DNA of 43,213 nt from Candidatus Buchananbacteria bacterium RIFCSPHIGHO2_02_FULL_39_17 (GCA_001817425.1 MHII01000010.1:1-43213), one strand, 5' to 3'. Counted from the first letter of the stretch, positions 6,589 through 16,202 are shown. Program-made: numbers and translations. The notes: generated by a model not told the origin, from the letters alone.

Positions 6589-7410
6589 TTATTTATCCGG
6601 CAAATTTTCAATTTCACTTCTAATCTCGGCTAACTTCTGGTTTTCCGGATCCGCATTAGATAAGGCCAAAAAGATTTCTTGAGCCAAATTTTTATTCTTT
6701 AATATTATACAGATTTTCAGCAATAAGTCAAGAAATCTAGGATTATTCGGCTCAAGTTCAACCGCTTTTTGGATATTAGTCAAAGCGTAATTATTTTTAT
6801 TCTCCAGCTGATAAACCCAGCCTAAATCGGCATAGCAATTGGCTAAACGATGCTTCTCAACATCCCCTTCCCGCCCATTAACAATTTTAACCAAAAGCTT
6901 GATTAAATAACGCAAAGTTTCTCTGGACTTCTTATATTCTTTCTTTTCCAGATAAATTCCCACCAAATATTGATAGGCATCAAGGTTTTTTAAATCAAGC
7001 TGTAAAATTTCAATACAAACAGTTTCCGCCGCCGCCAGATCTTTCTCATCTAAAAACTTTTTCACTTGTTCTAATTTTTCTTTAACTTGTTGCCGGACGT
7101 CAATTTCTTTTAATGGTTGAGGAGTTAAATTTTTCTTTTCTAATTCAAGAATTTTTTGATAAATTTCGTTTGCGCTTTTCGCCATCTGATTAATTAAGGG
7201 TTTAGTCAACTCAACCATCAATTGACGGAATTTTAAAAATTTTCGAGCCAAGCGCTCAGTTATAATCCGATTTTTAACCTGGCCTTCTTTTTCTGAAGGA
7301 ATTGTTTCAATTCTAATCGCCGCTAAATTCGGCAATTTCTTAATGACAATTGCCAAAATAACAAGCAAACTCAAGATAATAATGGCTAAGGGAATGAAAT
7401 AAATTAACAT
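6589..7410 (-). CDS. membrane-anchored tetratricopeptide repeat protein
   Basis: N-terminal TM helix; TPR-like YADLGWVY...AVELEPNNPRFL. Confidence 0.75.
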   Translation of the reverse strand: MLIYFIPLAIIILSLLVILAIVIKKLPNLAAIRIETIPSEKEGQVKNRIITERLARKFLKFRQLMVELTKPLINQMAKSANEIYQKILELEKKNLTPQPLKEIDVRQQVKEKLEQVKKFLDEKDLAAAETVCIEILQLDLKNLDAYQYLVGIYLEKKEYKKSRETLRYLIKLLVKIVNGREGDVEKHRLANCYADLGWVYQLENKNNYALTNIQKAVELEPNNPRFLDLLLKICIILKNKNLAQEIFLALSNADPENQKLAEIRSEIENLPDK

Positions 7411-7461
7411 AATTTAAAACGATAAACTCTCCGAAAGTTTTGAGAGTTTTTCTAAAAATTA

Positions 7462-8328
7462 TTAAATTTTATGAGCACTGCCCAAAATAGCGAGTTGCTC
7501 CTCAACTGTTTTTTGAACCGCGGCCATTGACGGGGCTAAAATCTTTCTTGGGTCATAAAATTCCTTAACCTGACTGACAGTTTTTCTTAAAGTTTTAGTA
7601 AAAGTAATACGTAGCGCCGTATCAATATTAACAATTCTAATCCCAGCACTAATGGCTTTTTTCAAAATCGCCGGATTAACGCCGGACGAACCGTGTAAAA
7701 CTAAAGGAATTTTTGTTTCTTGGGCAATGGCACGAACACGGTTTAAATCAATCTTTTCTTTGCCCACATAAAAACCGTGCATTGTCCCCACCGAAACCGC
7801 TAAGGTGTCAATTTTAGTTTTCGCCACATATACCTTAACCTTTTTCGGATCAGTTAAGTAATCATTAGGATTTTTTGGCAGTTTAATTTTCGCCAAGCCT
7901 TCCTTGCCGTAAAGGCTGCCTAATTCTCCCTGAACCCAAGCGCCAAAATGATGAGCATAATTAACAATTTTTTTGGTCATCGCCACATTTTGCGCCAACG
8001 GCTTGTCAGAAGCGTCAATATGAACTGAACGAAATCCAGCCTTTAGACACGCTTTGATAATTTGAAAATTTTTGCCATGATCCAAATGAATGACCACCGG
8101 AATTTTCGCCCCCGAATTTTGAGCAAAAGTCTTGATTAAATTCGTGACTGGCAAAAGACCGACATAATTAATGGTCGCTTCCGACACCTGAATAATAATC
8201 GGGGAATTTTTAGCTAAAGCGGCCTCAATAATCGCCTTAGTCACTTCGAGATTAGAGGTATTAAAAGCGCCAAGGCCATAGCCTTCTGCCTGGGCTTTTC
8301 TGACAATTTCTTTAAGATGAACAAGCAT
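7462..8328 (-). CDS. fba: class II fructose-bisphosphate aldolase
   Basis: GAFN, HLDHG, GTMHG, LVLHGSSG motifs. Confidence 0.93.
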   Translation of the reverse strand: MLVHLKEIVRKAQAEGYGLGAFNTSNLEVTKAIIEAALAKNSPIIIQVSEATINYVGLLPVTNLIKTFAQNSGAKIPVVIHLDHGKNFQIIKACLKAGFRSVHIDASDKPLAQNVAMTKKIVNYAHHFGAWVQGELGSLYGKEGLAKIKLPKNPNDYLTDPKKVKVYVAKTKIDTLAVSVGTMHGFYVGKEKIDLNRVRAIAQETKIPLVLHGSSGVNPAILKKAISAGIRIVNIDTALRITFTKTLRKTVSQVKEFYDPRKILAPSMAAVQKTVEEQLAILGSAHKI

Positions 8329-8336
8329 AAAATATT

Positions 8337-9092
8337 TTAGGAATTCTTTACGATTTCAATAAATTCTTTAGCAACCAAACTCGCCGAACCGACTAAAACC
8401 CCGGCGCAATTATCAAGACCGGTAAATTTTGAAACGTTTTCGCTGTCTACGCTGCCGCCGTAAATGACGGAAAAATTATTTTTCACTAATTCTGATGGAA
8501 AAAAATCAAACAAGGTTTGCCAAATGACCTGATGGGCGCCACTGGCTTCCGCGGGACTGACGGCCTGACCAGAACCAATGACCCAAACCGGTTCATAAGC
8601 GATAATGACTTTCTGATTTTGTTTAACCACTGCTCCCTGAAGCGCTTTCGTTGTTTGCTGGATTAAAATATAGTCTTTGGCGCCTTCCTGCCGCTGTTCA
8701 AAGGTTTCACCCACGCAAATAATCGGCGTTAAGCCGACGCTTAGCGCCATTCTCACTTTTTGATGGACCATCTCATCGGTTTCGCCTAAATGCTGCCTTC
8801 TTTCGGAATGGCCTAAAATAACATACTGGCAACCAATTTCTGCTAAATGGCGGGCGGAAACTTCGCCGGTGAAAGCGCCCTCTACCTCCCAAAAACAATC
8901 TTGGGCACCAAGTTTTAAATGATTATTTTTTAAAATTTGCGCCACTTCAACTAAACTCACAAATGCAGGACAAATGACCACTTCTTTTTTACCAAAAATA
9001 CCATGCTTTAACTCTAAAGCCAACTTTTTACTCTCCCCTATGCCAAGTTTCATTTTCCAATTAGCAATAATAATTGGCTTTTTTTCCGGCAT
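8337..9092 (-). CDS. tpiA: triosephosphate isomerase
   Basis: NWKM, GHSERR, AYEPVWVIG, YGGSV motifs. Confidence 0.95.
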   Translation of the reverse strand: MPEKKPIIIANWKMKLGIGESKKLALELKHGIFGKKEVVICPAFVSLVEVAQILKNNHLKLGAQDCFWEVEGAFTGEVSARHLAEIGCQYVILGHSERRQHLGETDEMVHQKVRMALSVGLTPIICVGETFEQRQEGAKDYILIQQTTKALQGAVVKQNQKVIIAYEPVWVIGSGQAVSPAEASGAHQVIWQTLFDFFPSELVKNNFSVIYGGSVDSENVSKFTGLDNCAGVLVGSASLVAKEFIEIVKNS

Positions 9093-9152
9093 AAATGTCT
9101 TTTTTAGAGGCAAATCCATTAAATTAGGGCTTTATTATTATACAACAATTGC

Positions 9153-9275
9153 TCAAAAATCCAAAGGTTCAAAATCTAAATGGCAAATGAATGCCAAAGA
9201 CTAAATATTAAAAAAATAACGCCTATCTTTGATTTTTGAATTTTGGATTTAATTTGTTATTTGGATTTTGATATT
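9153..9275. repeat. inverted degenerate heptamer array
   Basis: caaaatc/caaa units followed by gattttg/tttg units. Confidence 0.6.
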
Positions 9276-10181
9276 TTACTTCTGCCATTCATAGTTTCTC
9301 TCTACCCAATCAACCACGCCCTTAATCTCCTGGCTCCGGTCACGAATTGACTCTGAACCTAAAAGAGTGACTAAAAAAACTGGCCCATTTTGCTTTTTGA
9401 TTTTTGCCACTAAAGAGTAACCGGCCTCATCTAAATGACCAGTTTTCCCGCCTGAAATTTTATACTGACTTTGATTCAAAAAACTGGTAAGCAAGCTGTC
9501 AGTGTTAAACGCCTTAACCTGACGCTCACGATTTAAAACTTTAAATTCTAGCGTTGGGCTAGTGACAGCTTCAATAATTTCTGACTGACTAAAAACAACT
9601 CTAATTAATTTAATTAAATCAGTCACGCTGGAAACATTCTCCGGACTAATGCCGCTTGGTTCTAAAAAATAACTTTCCTTCAGACCAAGCTCTTGGGCTT
9701 TTTGATTCATCTTTTGATTAAAATTATCTAAACCGGTTTGCCGCACTAAAGCAATGGCGGCTTCATTGGCCGACGCCACCAGCATTAAATTAAATAAGTC
9801 TTTGACTTTTACTCTTTCGCCAGGCAAAAGATAAACCATGCCGCCCGGCCGTTGGTCTGAATCCAAAATTTCAATTTCCATCTTCCAATCTGGCTTGGTG
9901 TCCAAAAAAACCAAAGCCGTCATTAATTTGGTGATGCTGGCAATCGGTAAAACTTGATTGGGATTTTTCTGATACAAAACCGTTCCGGTTTTTTCATCAA
10001 CCACCAAAATACTTTTAGCTGTGGTTTTTAGACCTAGACTTTGATTGATAATTTTTTGGGGTGCCTCATTGACTGGCGCCAAAGATTTTAGCGGAAAGTT
10101 AATTTGATTTTGCCAAAAAAAATTCAAGCCGCTTGGGAAAAGCAGGCTGGCGAGAATAAGGCTGGTGATAAAGTTGAACAT
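9276..10181 (-). CDS. D-alanyl-D-alanine carboxypeptidase/endopeptidase (peptidase S11)
   Basis: SITK, SAN and KTG catalytic motifs; N-terminal signal sequence. Confidence 0.9.
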   Translation of the reverse strand: MFNFITSLILASLLFPSGLNFFWQNQINFPLKSLAPVNEAPQKIINQSLGLKTTAKSILVVDEKTGTVLYQKNPNQVLPIASITKLMTALVFLDTKPDWKMEIEILDSDQRPGGMVYLLPGERVKVKDLFNLMLVASANEAAIALVRQTGLDNFNQKMNQKAQELGLKESYFLEPSGISPENVSSVTDLIKLIRVVFSQSEIIEAVTSPTLEFKVLNRERQVKAFNTDSLLTSFLNQSQYKISGGKTGHLDEAGYSLVAKIKKQNGPVFLVTLLGSESIRDRSQEIKGVVDWVERNYEWQK

Positions 10182-10185
10182 AAAT

Positions 10186-10290
10186 AAAGTCAAAAATCAA
10201 AAGGTAAAAGTCAAAAGTACAAGTTAAAAGTTAAAATTTTATTACTTTTGAATTTTGGATTGCATTTTTGACTTTTGAATTTTGACTTTT
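10186..10290. repeat. inverted heptamer array (AAAAGTC)n ... (GACTTTT)n
   Basis: directly visible tandem 7-mers in opposite orientations. Confidence 0.8.
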
Positions 10291-10324
10291 TACTTAGCTT
10301 TTATTACTTATCCCTCTCTTTTTC

Positions 10325-10858
10325 TTAGTTAAGAATCTTTTCCAAACTCTCGTTGGAATTTAGTTTCTCGTAATCTGGCAGTTCTGATTGTTCGTTAATG
10401 CCTAAAAATTTCAAAAAATCAAAAGTAATATTATAAACCATTTGCATTTTCTTTTTATCTTCAGCGCTTTCAACCAAGCCGCGAATTAAAAGGTGACGCA
10501 AAATAATGGCACAATTGACGCCGCGGATCTGCTCAATTTCCGCGCGGCTAACTGGCCCACGGTAAGCAATTATAGTCAAAGTTTCCAGCGCCGGGCGAGT
10601 TAATTCCCCGGTGGTTTCCTCTTTAATAAAATCTTTAACAATTTTGGCGTTATCAGCCGTTGTCACCATTTGAATTTGCTCACCGATTTTTTGGATTTGC
10701 ACTCCCCTTTCTTTCTGATTATATTCGCTGATTAATTCTTTAATCGCTTCTTCCGCTTTTTCTTTTTCTACACCAGTTAAACTAACCAGCCGCTTAATTG
10801 ATAACGGCTGATTAGAAATAAAAAGAAGGCTTTCAATTTTCGCTTTCAGGCTCGGCAT
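10325..10858 (-). CDS. scpB: SMC-Scp complex subunit ScpB
   Basis: IESLLF, ALETLTIIAYRGPVSRAEIEQIRGVN. Confidence 0.95.
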   Translation of the reverse strand: MPSLKAKIESLLFISNQPLSIKRLVSLTGVEKEKAEEAIKELISEYNQKERGVQIQKIGEQIQMVTTADNAKIVKDFIKEETTGELTRPALETLTIIAYRGPVSRAEIEQIRGVNCAIILRHLLIRGLVESAEDKKKMQMVYNITFDFLKFLGINEQSELPDYEKLNSNESLEKILN

Positions 10859-10924
10859 AAGAAAATTATACAGGAAATTTAATGATTTTTAAATAATAAA
10901 AACAAATCAAATTTTGGGTGAAGC

Positions 10925-10953
10925 TTGACAAAAATAATGAAATATGCTATACT
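10925..10953 (+). promoter_or_regulatory. near-consensus sigma70 promoter
   Basis: TTGACA-17-TATACT with TG extension. Confidence 0.7.
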
Positions 10954-11094
10954 TAAAACGTAATTTGAAATGGATAAATTACTCCTCAAATCAGCAAAAA
11001 TCGCTCTTTGAATTATCTTTTAGCCCTATTGGCTAAAAGTTCAAATATATAATGGCTAGAATTTAAAGTTGGGAAAACATTGAAGGGAGTTGAG

Positions 11095-11634
11095 ATGATA
11101 ATCTGGTTGGTAACCCATGGCGAAAAGGAAGATGGGCCGGATCCAAAAATGACGATAGAAGGGTTCAAGCGCGTCCAGTCCCTTCGGGATCAGCTTAATC
11201 AACGTTTACCAGCGACCGGACCTGCCCAGGTTCATATCGGTACAGGACGCAGGCAATTTGATGTCGCCAGAGCCCTTGATCTAAAAAAAGGCACGCCATT
11301 TTTCTCGGCGCTGTGGGGAGAGGGAGTAACAGAAATCAAGATAAAAGGTAAATCAATGATTCTGCTTACAGATGGCCGAATCATCGAGTTTGACCAGTAC
11401 CTAAGCCCGAAACATATGCGAGGGGCGATCCGAGAAGCAATTGTTAATCTGCCGACGCAGACTGTCATCTGTTCAGGCAGACCGGTCCTTGTTCGATTGG
11501 GAATGGCCCTGAAAGAGTGCCAAAGCGCCGCTCTCTACGCCATTCATTTTGAGCTCGGACGCCCTGACTCAATAAAAATTGAATTGGTTTCCGCCGGGAT
11601 TGACCTCGGTGACGGTAAGGGCGCTACCGTCTAA
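11095..11634 (+). CDS. divergent histidine-phosphatase-fold protein (THG instead of RHG)
   Basis: IIWLVTHGE...MTIEG N-terminus; GGGAG RBS before ATG 11095. Confidence 0.5.
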   Translation: MIIWLVTHGEKEDGPDPKMTIEGFKRVQSLRDQLNQRLPATGPAQVHIGTGRRQFDVARALDLKKGTPFFSALWGEGVTEIKIKGKSMILLTDGRIIEFDQYLSPKHMRGAIREAIVNLPTQTVICSGRPVLVRLGMALKECQSAALYAIHFELGRPDSIKIELVSAGIDLGDGKGATV

Positions 11635-11655
11635 GTCAAGCCTACAAAAACATTC

Positions 11656-11693
11656 AGGCACCAGACAGCAATTTAGATCTGGTGCCTTTTTTT
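11656..11693 (+). terminator. intrinsic terminator
   Basis: aggcaccaga...tctggtgcct followed by a T run. Confidence 0.75.
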
Positions 11694-11710
11694 ATCATTT
11701 TATTGTGCAG

Positions 11711-11900
11711 TCCGCCGAATACCCCGTCCCGACGTGACATCGGGGGGATGAGGCGGAGTTAAAGATTAGATGGTGAGTGAGCCGTTTGTAGAGCGAAAGC
11801 GGAACAAACGGCGAACGAACACTTATCACAAGAGGATTCCAAAGGAGGATACTCCTTTGGTCGGCGGGCAGGGTCTAAAACCCCGCCCGCCGAAACATTA
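11711..11900. repeat. GC-rich multi-hairpin element (repeat or ncRNA)
   Basis: four consecutive stems; terminal hairpin recurs at 43175-43213. Confidence 0.6.
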
Positions 11901-11904
11901 TTTA

Positions 11905-12936
11905 TTATTTCATTCTTCTGATAATCCCCTGCTGGGCATCAACATTAATAAGATCGCCGTCACGCAGAACCTGGCTTGCAATTTTCGTGTCCACAATGCA
12001 GGGAATCTTAAACTCCCGTGCGCTGATTGCCGCGTGACTGTTGATACCGCCGATATCAGTGACAATGGCTTTAATTTTTTTTAAATAAGGAATATATTCA
12101 ATAATTGTCCTAGGGGTGACTAAAATCTTATCTCTCACGTCCTTTTTAAAATCAGTTAATTTTTTTATAATCACGACTTTGCCGGTAACTTCACCGGAAT
12201 AAGCAACCAATCCTTTAATTTCTTTGACTTTTTTATCAATCGCAATTTTCCTAAATTTTTCTTTGGCTAGAAAAGCTTTAGCCGCTAAGCCAGTATAAAT
12301 AGAAATTTTATTTTTATCTGACAAAGAAACAAAAAATTTTTTACGCCTCTTGATTTCTCCCACACTTAAAATTCTACCGGAAAATAATTCCGCTAAAAGG
12401 CAGTAATCCGGCTCTTTAAAATCCTTATATTTTTTGATTAGGTAAGGATAAATCTTATTATATTGATTATAGCCAATTTTCGCCAAGTGCTCACGCAATT
12501 TTCCGTTTTCTTCCAGTAACCTCTCAAAATATTTTTTATTTTTTGTTGTTTTTTGGAATTTTTCGGTTAGAATTCTTTCAGTATAATAAGTATAAAGCAA
12601 AATCGGGCAGAGTTCTTGCCAAATTTTAATTAATTTTTTAACCGGATCTATTTCCTTATTTTTATAATTTCCAATGAATTTTCTGAAATCAAAAAAAATT
12701 TTTTCTAACTTATTTTTTTCTAAATATTCTTTAGCTAATAAAAAATTCCTTTTATCATCACTTTCCTTAACATAAGTAAAATTAATATCTTTTCGGCCAA
12801 TAACTAAAAACTCACTAACTTTCATCTCCGAGACTGAATCAATATATAAATAACAAAACTTAATAAATTCTCTTTTTAAAATTGAGGTTGGACTTTCGGC
12901 AAAAAAATGCCATTTTTTACTTTCAAAGCGCAGCAT
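11905..12936 (-). CDS. protein with C-terminal PEP-utilising phospho-His swivel domain
   Basis: AIVTDIGGINSHAAISAREFKIPCIV. Confidence 0.85.
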   Translation of the reverse strand: MLRFESKKWHFFAESPTSILKREFIKFCYLYIDSVSEMKVSEFLVIGRKDINFTYVKESDDKRNFLLAKEYLEKNKLEKIFFDFRKFIGNYKNKEIDPVKKLIKIWQELCPILLYTYYTERILTEKFQKTTKNKKYFERLLEENGKLREHLAKIGYNQYNKIYPYLIKKYKDFKEPDYCLLAELFSGRILSVGEIKRRKKFFVSLSDKNKISIYTGLAAKAFLAKEKFRKIAIDKKVKEIKGLVAYSGEVTGKVVIIKKLTDFKKDVRDKILVTPRTIIEYIPYLKKIKAIVTDIGGINSHAAISAREFKIPCIVDTKIASQVLRDGDLINVDAQQGIIRRMK

Positions 12937-12968
12937 ATTTTTATAATTTTCTAATATCTTTTAGAATC

Positions 12969-13670
12969 TTAAATCCGCTCTATTTCAATATCCTCAAAAA
13001 TCTTGCTTTGCTTCACCACAATTAATTTCTGTTTCATTAATTCCAGTAAAGCCAAAAAACTGACAATGACTTCAGTCCTGTCTTTGGCTTCTTTCAAAAT
13101 TTCGGAAAAATTGGCAGTGGCTTGTCTGAAAATCCGCTCCCGAATTTGGGCAATTTTTTCCTGAATATTAATCGTCTTTCTCACCACTTCAGTGGGCAGA
13201 TTAAGAATTGGGCTTAGACTATTAATAATTTCCGTAAAGACACCGCGCAATTTATCTTTGGTCAATTTCAGCGGCGGGGCAAAGCCAATGGGTCCATTGA
13301 TTAAAAGTTTTTCTCGGGCAAAACTCCAGCGCTTTTGGCTAATCATTTTTTGAATTACTTTCATCGCCTCCAAATATTCTTTATAAATTTTTAATTGCCT
13401 CGTTAATTCCTCGCCCTCATCTTCTTCTCCCCAATCCAAAAACGGCAAAAGCGCCCGCGATTTTATCAAAAGCAAACGCGCCGCGACCACTAAAAAATCA
13501 GCCAATTCGTCGGCTGAAATTTGATCCGCCTGCTTTTGATTTAAAGCCTGAATATATTGCTCAGTGACTTGGGCTAAAGAGACTTCAGTAATTTGAAGTT
13601 TTTGTTCTTCAATTAATTGCAAGAGTAAGTCCAATGGTCCTTCAAATTGGTCAACTTTGATTTTAAACAT
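12969..13670 (-). CDS. scpA: segregation and condensation protein A
   Basis: FEGPLDLLLQLI, IKSRALLP, SFLALLEL. Confidence 0.95.
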   Translation of the reverse strand: MFKIKVDQFEGPLDLLLQLIEEQKLQITEVSLAQVTEQYIQALNQKQADQISADELADFLVVAARLLLIKSRALLPFLDWGEEDEGEELTRQLKIYKEYLEAMKVIQKMISQKRWSFAREKLLINGPIGFAPPLKLTKDKLRGVFTEIINSLSPILNLPTEVVRKTINIQEKIAQIRERIFRQATANFSEILKEAKDRTEVIVSFLALLELMKQKLIVVKQSKIFEDIEIERI

Positions 13671-13676
13671 AATAAA

Positions 13677-13764
13677 CTCTAATTTTGAAATTCTAATTTA
13701 GATTCAATATTAAAATATTTAAATATTAAAAATTGAATCAAAATTAAAAATTAAAAATTCAAAA
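13677..13764. repeat. AT-rich inverted heptamer-like array
   Basis: aattttg/aattcaa-type units; related to 14326-14411, 21121-21237 and 39347-39441. Confidence 0.65.
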
Positions 13765-14316
13765 TTATCTTCTCTTCTTTTTACGACTGCCTTTCTTTGT
13801 TTTAGTTGATTTCTTTCTTAATATAGTCGGTTTAACTTGCAGCTTATATCCCCCGCTTTTAGCAAAATTGGCTAGCTTAGCCTGCTCCATTTCAATAAAA
13901 TCTTTAACTTTCATCCGCACCGAATCAGTGAAACTGCCGGCCGAAATAATAATATCTTTGGTTTTAAGCAAACTTTTATCAACCCAAACTTCAATTTGAT
14001 GCAGGCCGCCAAAGGCCGTCATTGTCCCCGGCTTAACCCGAAAAACCTTTAACATTATTTTTTCGTTTGGAATTGAAACTTTTTTGACCTTTAAAGCGCT
14101 TTTTAATTTGCCTAAATCAAGACGCATATGGGCCGGCACCACCGCAATAACATAAGCTTTATCCGCCGCGATCAAAAGACTTTTAGCAATGTCTTTTAAT
14201 TCTTGGCGTAAAGTCTGGGCCGCATCGTAAGCCGTATAAACAGTTTTATGGGCGAGCGTGTCGTAGCGCGCCATTTTTTTATCCAAGTAAGTTTTGACGT
14301 GTTTGGGGATAGGCAT
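13765..14316 (-). CDS. YbaK/aminoacyl-tRNA editing domain protein with basic C-terminal tail
   Basis: IAKSLL, PGTMTAFG, SAGSFTDSVRM. Confidence 0.85.
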   Translation of the reverse strand: MPIPKHVKTYLDKKMARYDTLAHKTVYTAYDAAQTLRQELKDIAKSLLIAADKAYVIAVVPAHMRLDLGKLKSALKVKKVSIPNEKIMLKVFRVKPGTMTAFGGLHQIEVWVDKSLLKTKDIIISAGSFTDSVRMKVKDFIEMEQAKLANFAKSGGYKLQVKPTILRKKSTKTKKGSRKKKRR

Positions 14317-14325
14317 AAATTTTAC

Positions 14326-14411
14326 ATTAATTTTGAATTTTTAATTTTTAATTTTGATTCAATTTTTAATAATTCAATATTCGAATTTGATTCAAAATTC
14401 TAATTTCAAAA
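14326..14411. repeat. AT-rich inverted heptamer-like array
   Basis: ttttgaatttttaatttttaattttgattcaa...ttgattcaaaattctaatttcaaaa. Confidence 0.7.
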
Positions 14412-14726
14412 TTATTTATTTTTTTTAAAAGGCAATTTCTGTTGCACCCCCAATAATCCCCTGGCAACCTTTTTTCCCTTAGCCGTCAATTTCACTTGGT
14501 TGATAAACCACTTTTGCGCCGTTTCTTCGCCAAAACCAACAATTAATTCTTTTTTAATTAACCGCTCAACGCTTTTAGTAATGATGTTAATAATGTCTTT
14601 TGACTTTGGCGGCTTGACCGACTGACGATAAAAATCGTGCAGGACTTTTTTTGAAATAATTTTGTCTTTTGCCTGCAAACATTGTTTTAAAATATATTTC
14701 TGCAGGGCGGATAGTTTCATAAGCAT
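14412..14726 (-). CDS. hypothetical protein, winged-helix-like
   Basis: LSALQKYIL...SVERLIKKELI...LTAKGK pattern. Confidence 0.6.
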   Translation of the reverse strand: MLMKLSALQKYILKQCLQAKDKIISKKVLHDFYRQSVKPPKSKDIINIITKSVERLIKKELIVGFGEETAQKWFINQVKLTAKGKKVARGLLGVQQKLPFKKNK

Positions 14727-14809
14727 AATGCGAATTACAAATTTATGCTAATCTACGAATACGCTGAATATATTCGTATTATTTGCATATCATTCGTAGA
14801 TTTGCATTA
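14726..14809. repeat. imperfect palindrome TAATGC...GCATTA, copy 1
   Basis: related copy at 34487-34570. Confidence 0.7.
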
Positions 14810-15475
14810 TAATAATTTAAACTTATTAATCTCCAAACTAAACTTATAACCCAAATAATTTGCGGCTAACCGGCAAAAAGTCATGCGCTCGGTAAAAATC
14901 TCAAAATATTCCAAGGGGGCAGAAAATTTCGTGTCTAACTTTAAACGCAAAATAATAAATTTACTTTTAGGATCAACGATTAAATCATTGTCTATAATGG
15001 CATAATTAACGCGGTCATGAATGTCTTTCTTAAAATTAGTGCCCCTGACGTTTTTGACTCGCGAACGGTGGACATCAGATTTATCCGCTAAAATTAAAAC
15101 CGCCGTCACTTTATTAACAATTTTCAAATCGTCTTTGTCATGGCTGACAATCGCTTGAGCAATTGTGGAAACATCATTAGGATTATCAGCCTCATTTAAA
15201 AAAACTTGGCTAAAAAGCAAAGCCGCCCAATAATGATGCTGTTCCCGACCTAAAAAATTGCCCATATCGTGGCAGTAAGCAGCTATCCCGGCTAATTCCT
15301 GTTCATGAGCATTCATCCCAATTTTTTTTGAAATACTTTTCGCCCGATCAGAAGCAATGTTGACATGGCGAAAACCGTGATCAGTAAAACCCAAAGAATC
15401 TAAATAAATTTCGGTTTGGTGGATAAACTCTTTAATTTTTGAATTTTTTTTAACAATGTCTAAAGCTAATTTCAT
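14807..15475 (-). CDS. HD-domain phosphohydrolase
   Basis: DHGFRH, CHDMGN, LILADKSD. Confidence 0.85.
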   Translation of the reverse strand: MKLALDIVKKNSKIKEFIHQTEIYLDSLGFTDHGFRHVNIASDRAKSISKKIGMNAHEQELAGIAAYCHDMGNFLGREQHHYWAALLFSQVFLNEADNPNDVSTIAQAIVSHDKDDLKIVNKVTAVLILADKSDVHRSRVKNVRGTNFKKDIHDRVNYAIIDNDLIVDPKSKFIILRLKLDTKFSAPLEYFEIFTERMTFCRLAANYLGYKFSLEINKFKLL

Positions 15476-15537
15476 AGGTTAGGAGTTAGCTCGCTAGAGG
15501 CGAGTCTGCCTACGGTGGAGAATTAGGCAGTCGGATT

Positions 15538-16125
15538 TTAATCTTTCTTTTTAGAGATCCGCCATTCGCTGTTTTTGTCCGAAAACCACCAGTTATCTGA
15601 CGGGGTTTTAATAATAATTTCGGCTAGTTTTTGGGCCGCCTCGGTTTGGAGGCGTTTGATGACTGACGGAATCCAACTCTCGGCTCGGCTGTTGCCGGTA
15701 TCAACTTGTTCTTTTAATGACATAATCCATTCCAACTGATCCGCGTCTTTAGCGAGTTTGGCCTCCAAGGTTTCTTTGGCATTATATTCGTTAACGATGG
15801 CAATCAGTTCTTCACCGAAAGGCAAAGTCTTTGACAAATCAGACAAGGCTTGGCTTTCATCCGCTTTCGCGTATTTTTGATGAACATAATTTAAGTCTGA
15901 AGTTCTGGCTTCAGCCAAATCATGAAAAAGACACATTTTTATGACTTTCACCTGGCTGGCCTGCGGCGCCATCGTTGATAAAACATAGCCAATAAAAATT
16001 ACCCGATGAATATGTTCCGCCACGCTTTGATTGCCGCTGCCTAAAAAGTAAAAACCGCTGCGCGGCGTTTTAGCCAGAATCCCAACTTCAAACAAAAAAT
16101 TAACAATTGATGCTAAATCCTTCAT
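15538..16125 (-). CDS. HD-domain protein (YfbR/HDDC2-like 5'-deoxynucleotidase)
   Basis: RSG, SVAEH, FHDLAEARTSD, KDADQLE; upstream ORF extension is repeat-derived. Confidence 0.85.
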   Translation of the reverse strand: MKDLASIVNFLFEVGILAKTPRSGFYFLGSGNQSVAEHIHRVIFIGYVLSTMAPQASQVKVIKMCLFHDLAEARTSDLNYVHQKYAKADESQALSDLSKTLPFGEELIAIVNEYNAKETLEAKLAKDADQLEWIMSLKEQVDTGNSRAESWIPSVIKRLQTEAAQKLAEIIIKTPSDNWWFSDKNSEWRISKKKD

Positions 16126-16137
16126 TGATTTGCCAAG

Positions 16138-16202
16138 CCCCGTTAGAAGTCCGATGCGCTTGCGCATCGGCAGTCGCCTAAGGCGACTTACTTCTAACGG
16201 GG
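16138..16202. repeat. branched palindromic element CCCCGTTAGAAGT...ACTTCTAACGGGG
   Basis: 13-bp perfect IR enclosing two perfect hairpins. Confidence 0.85.

Noticed and set aside
11770-12084. 104-aa plus-strand ORF
   Set aside because: Composed of the hairpin element plus the antisense of the PEP-swivel gene.
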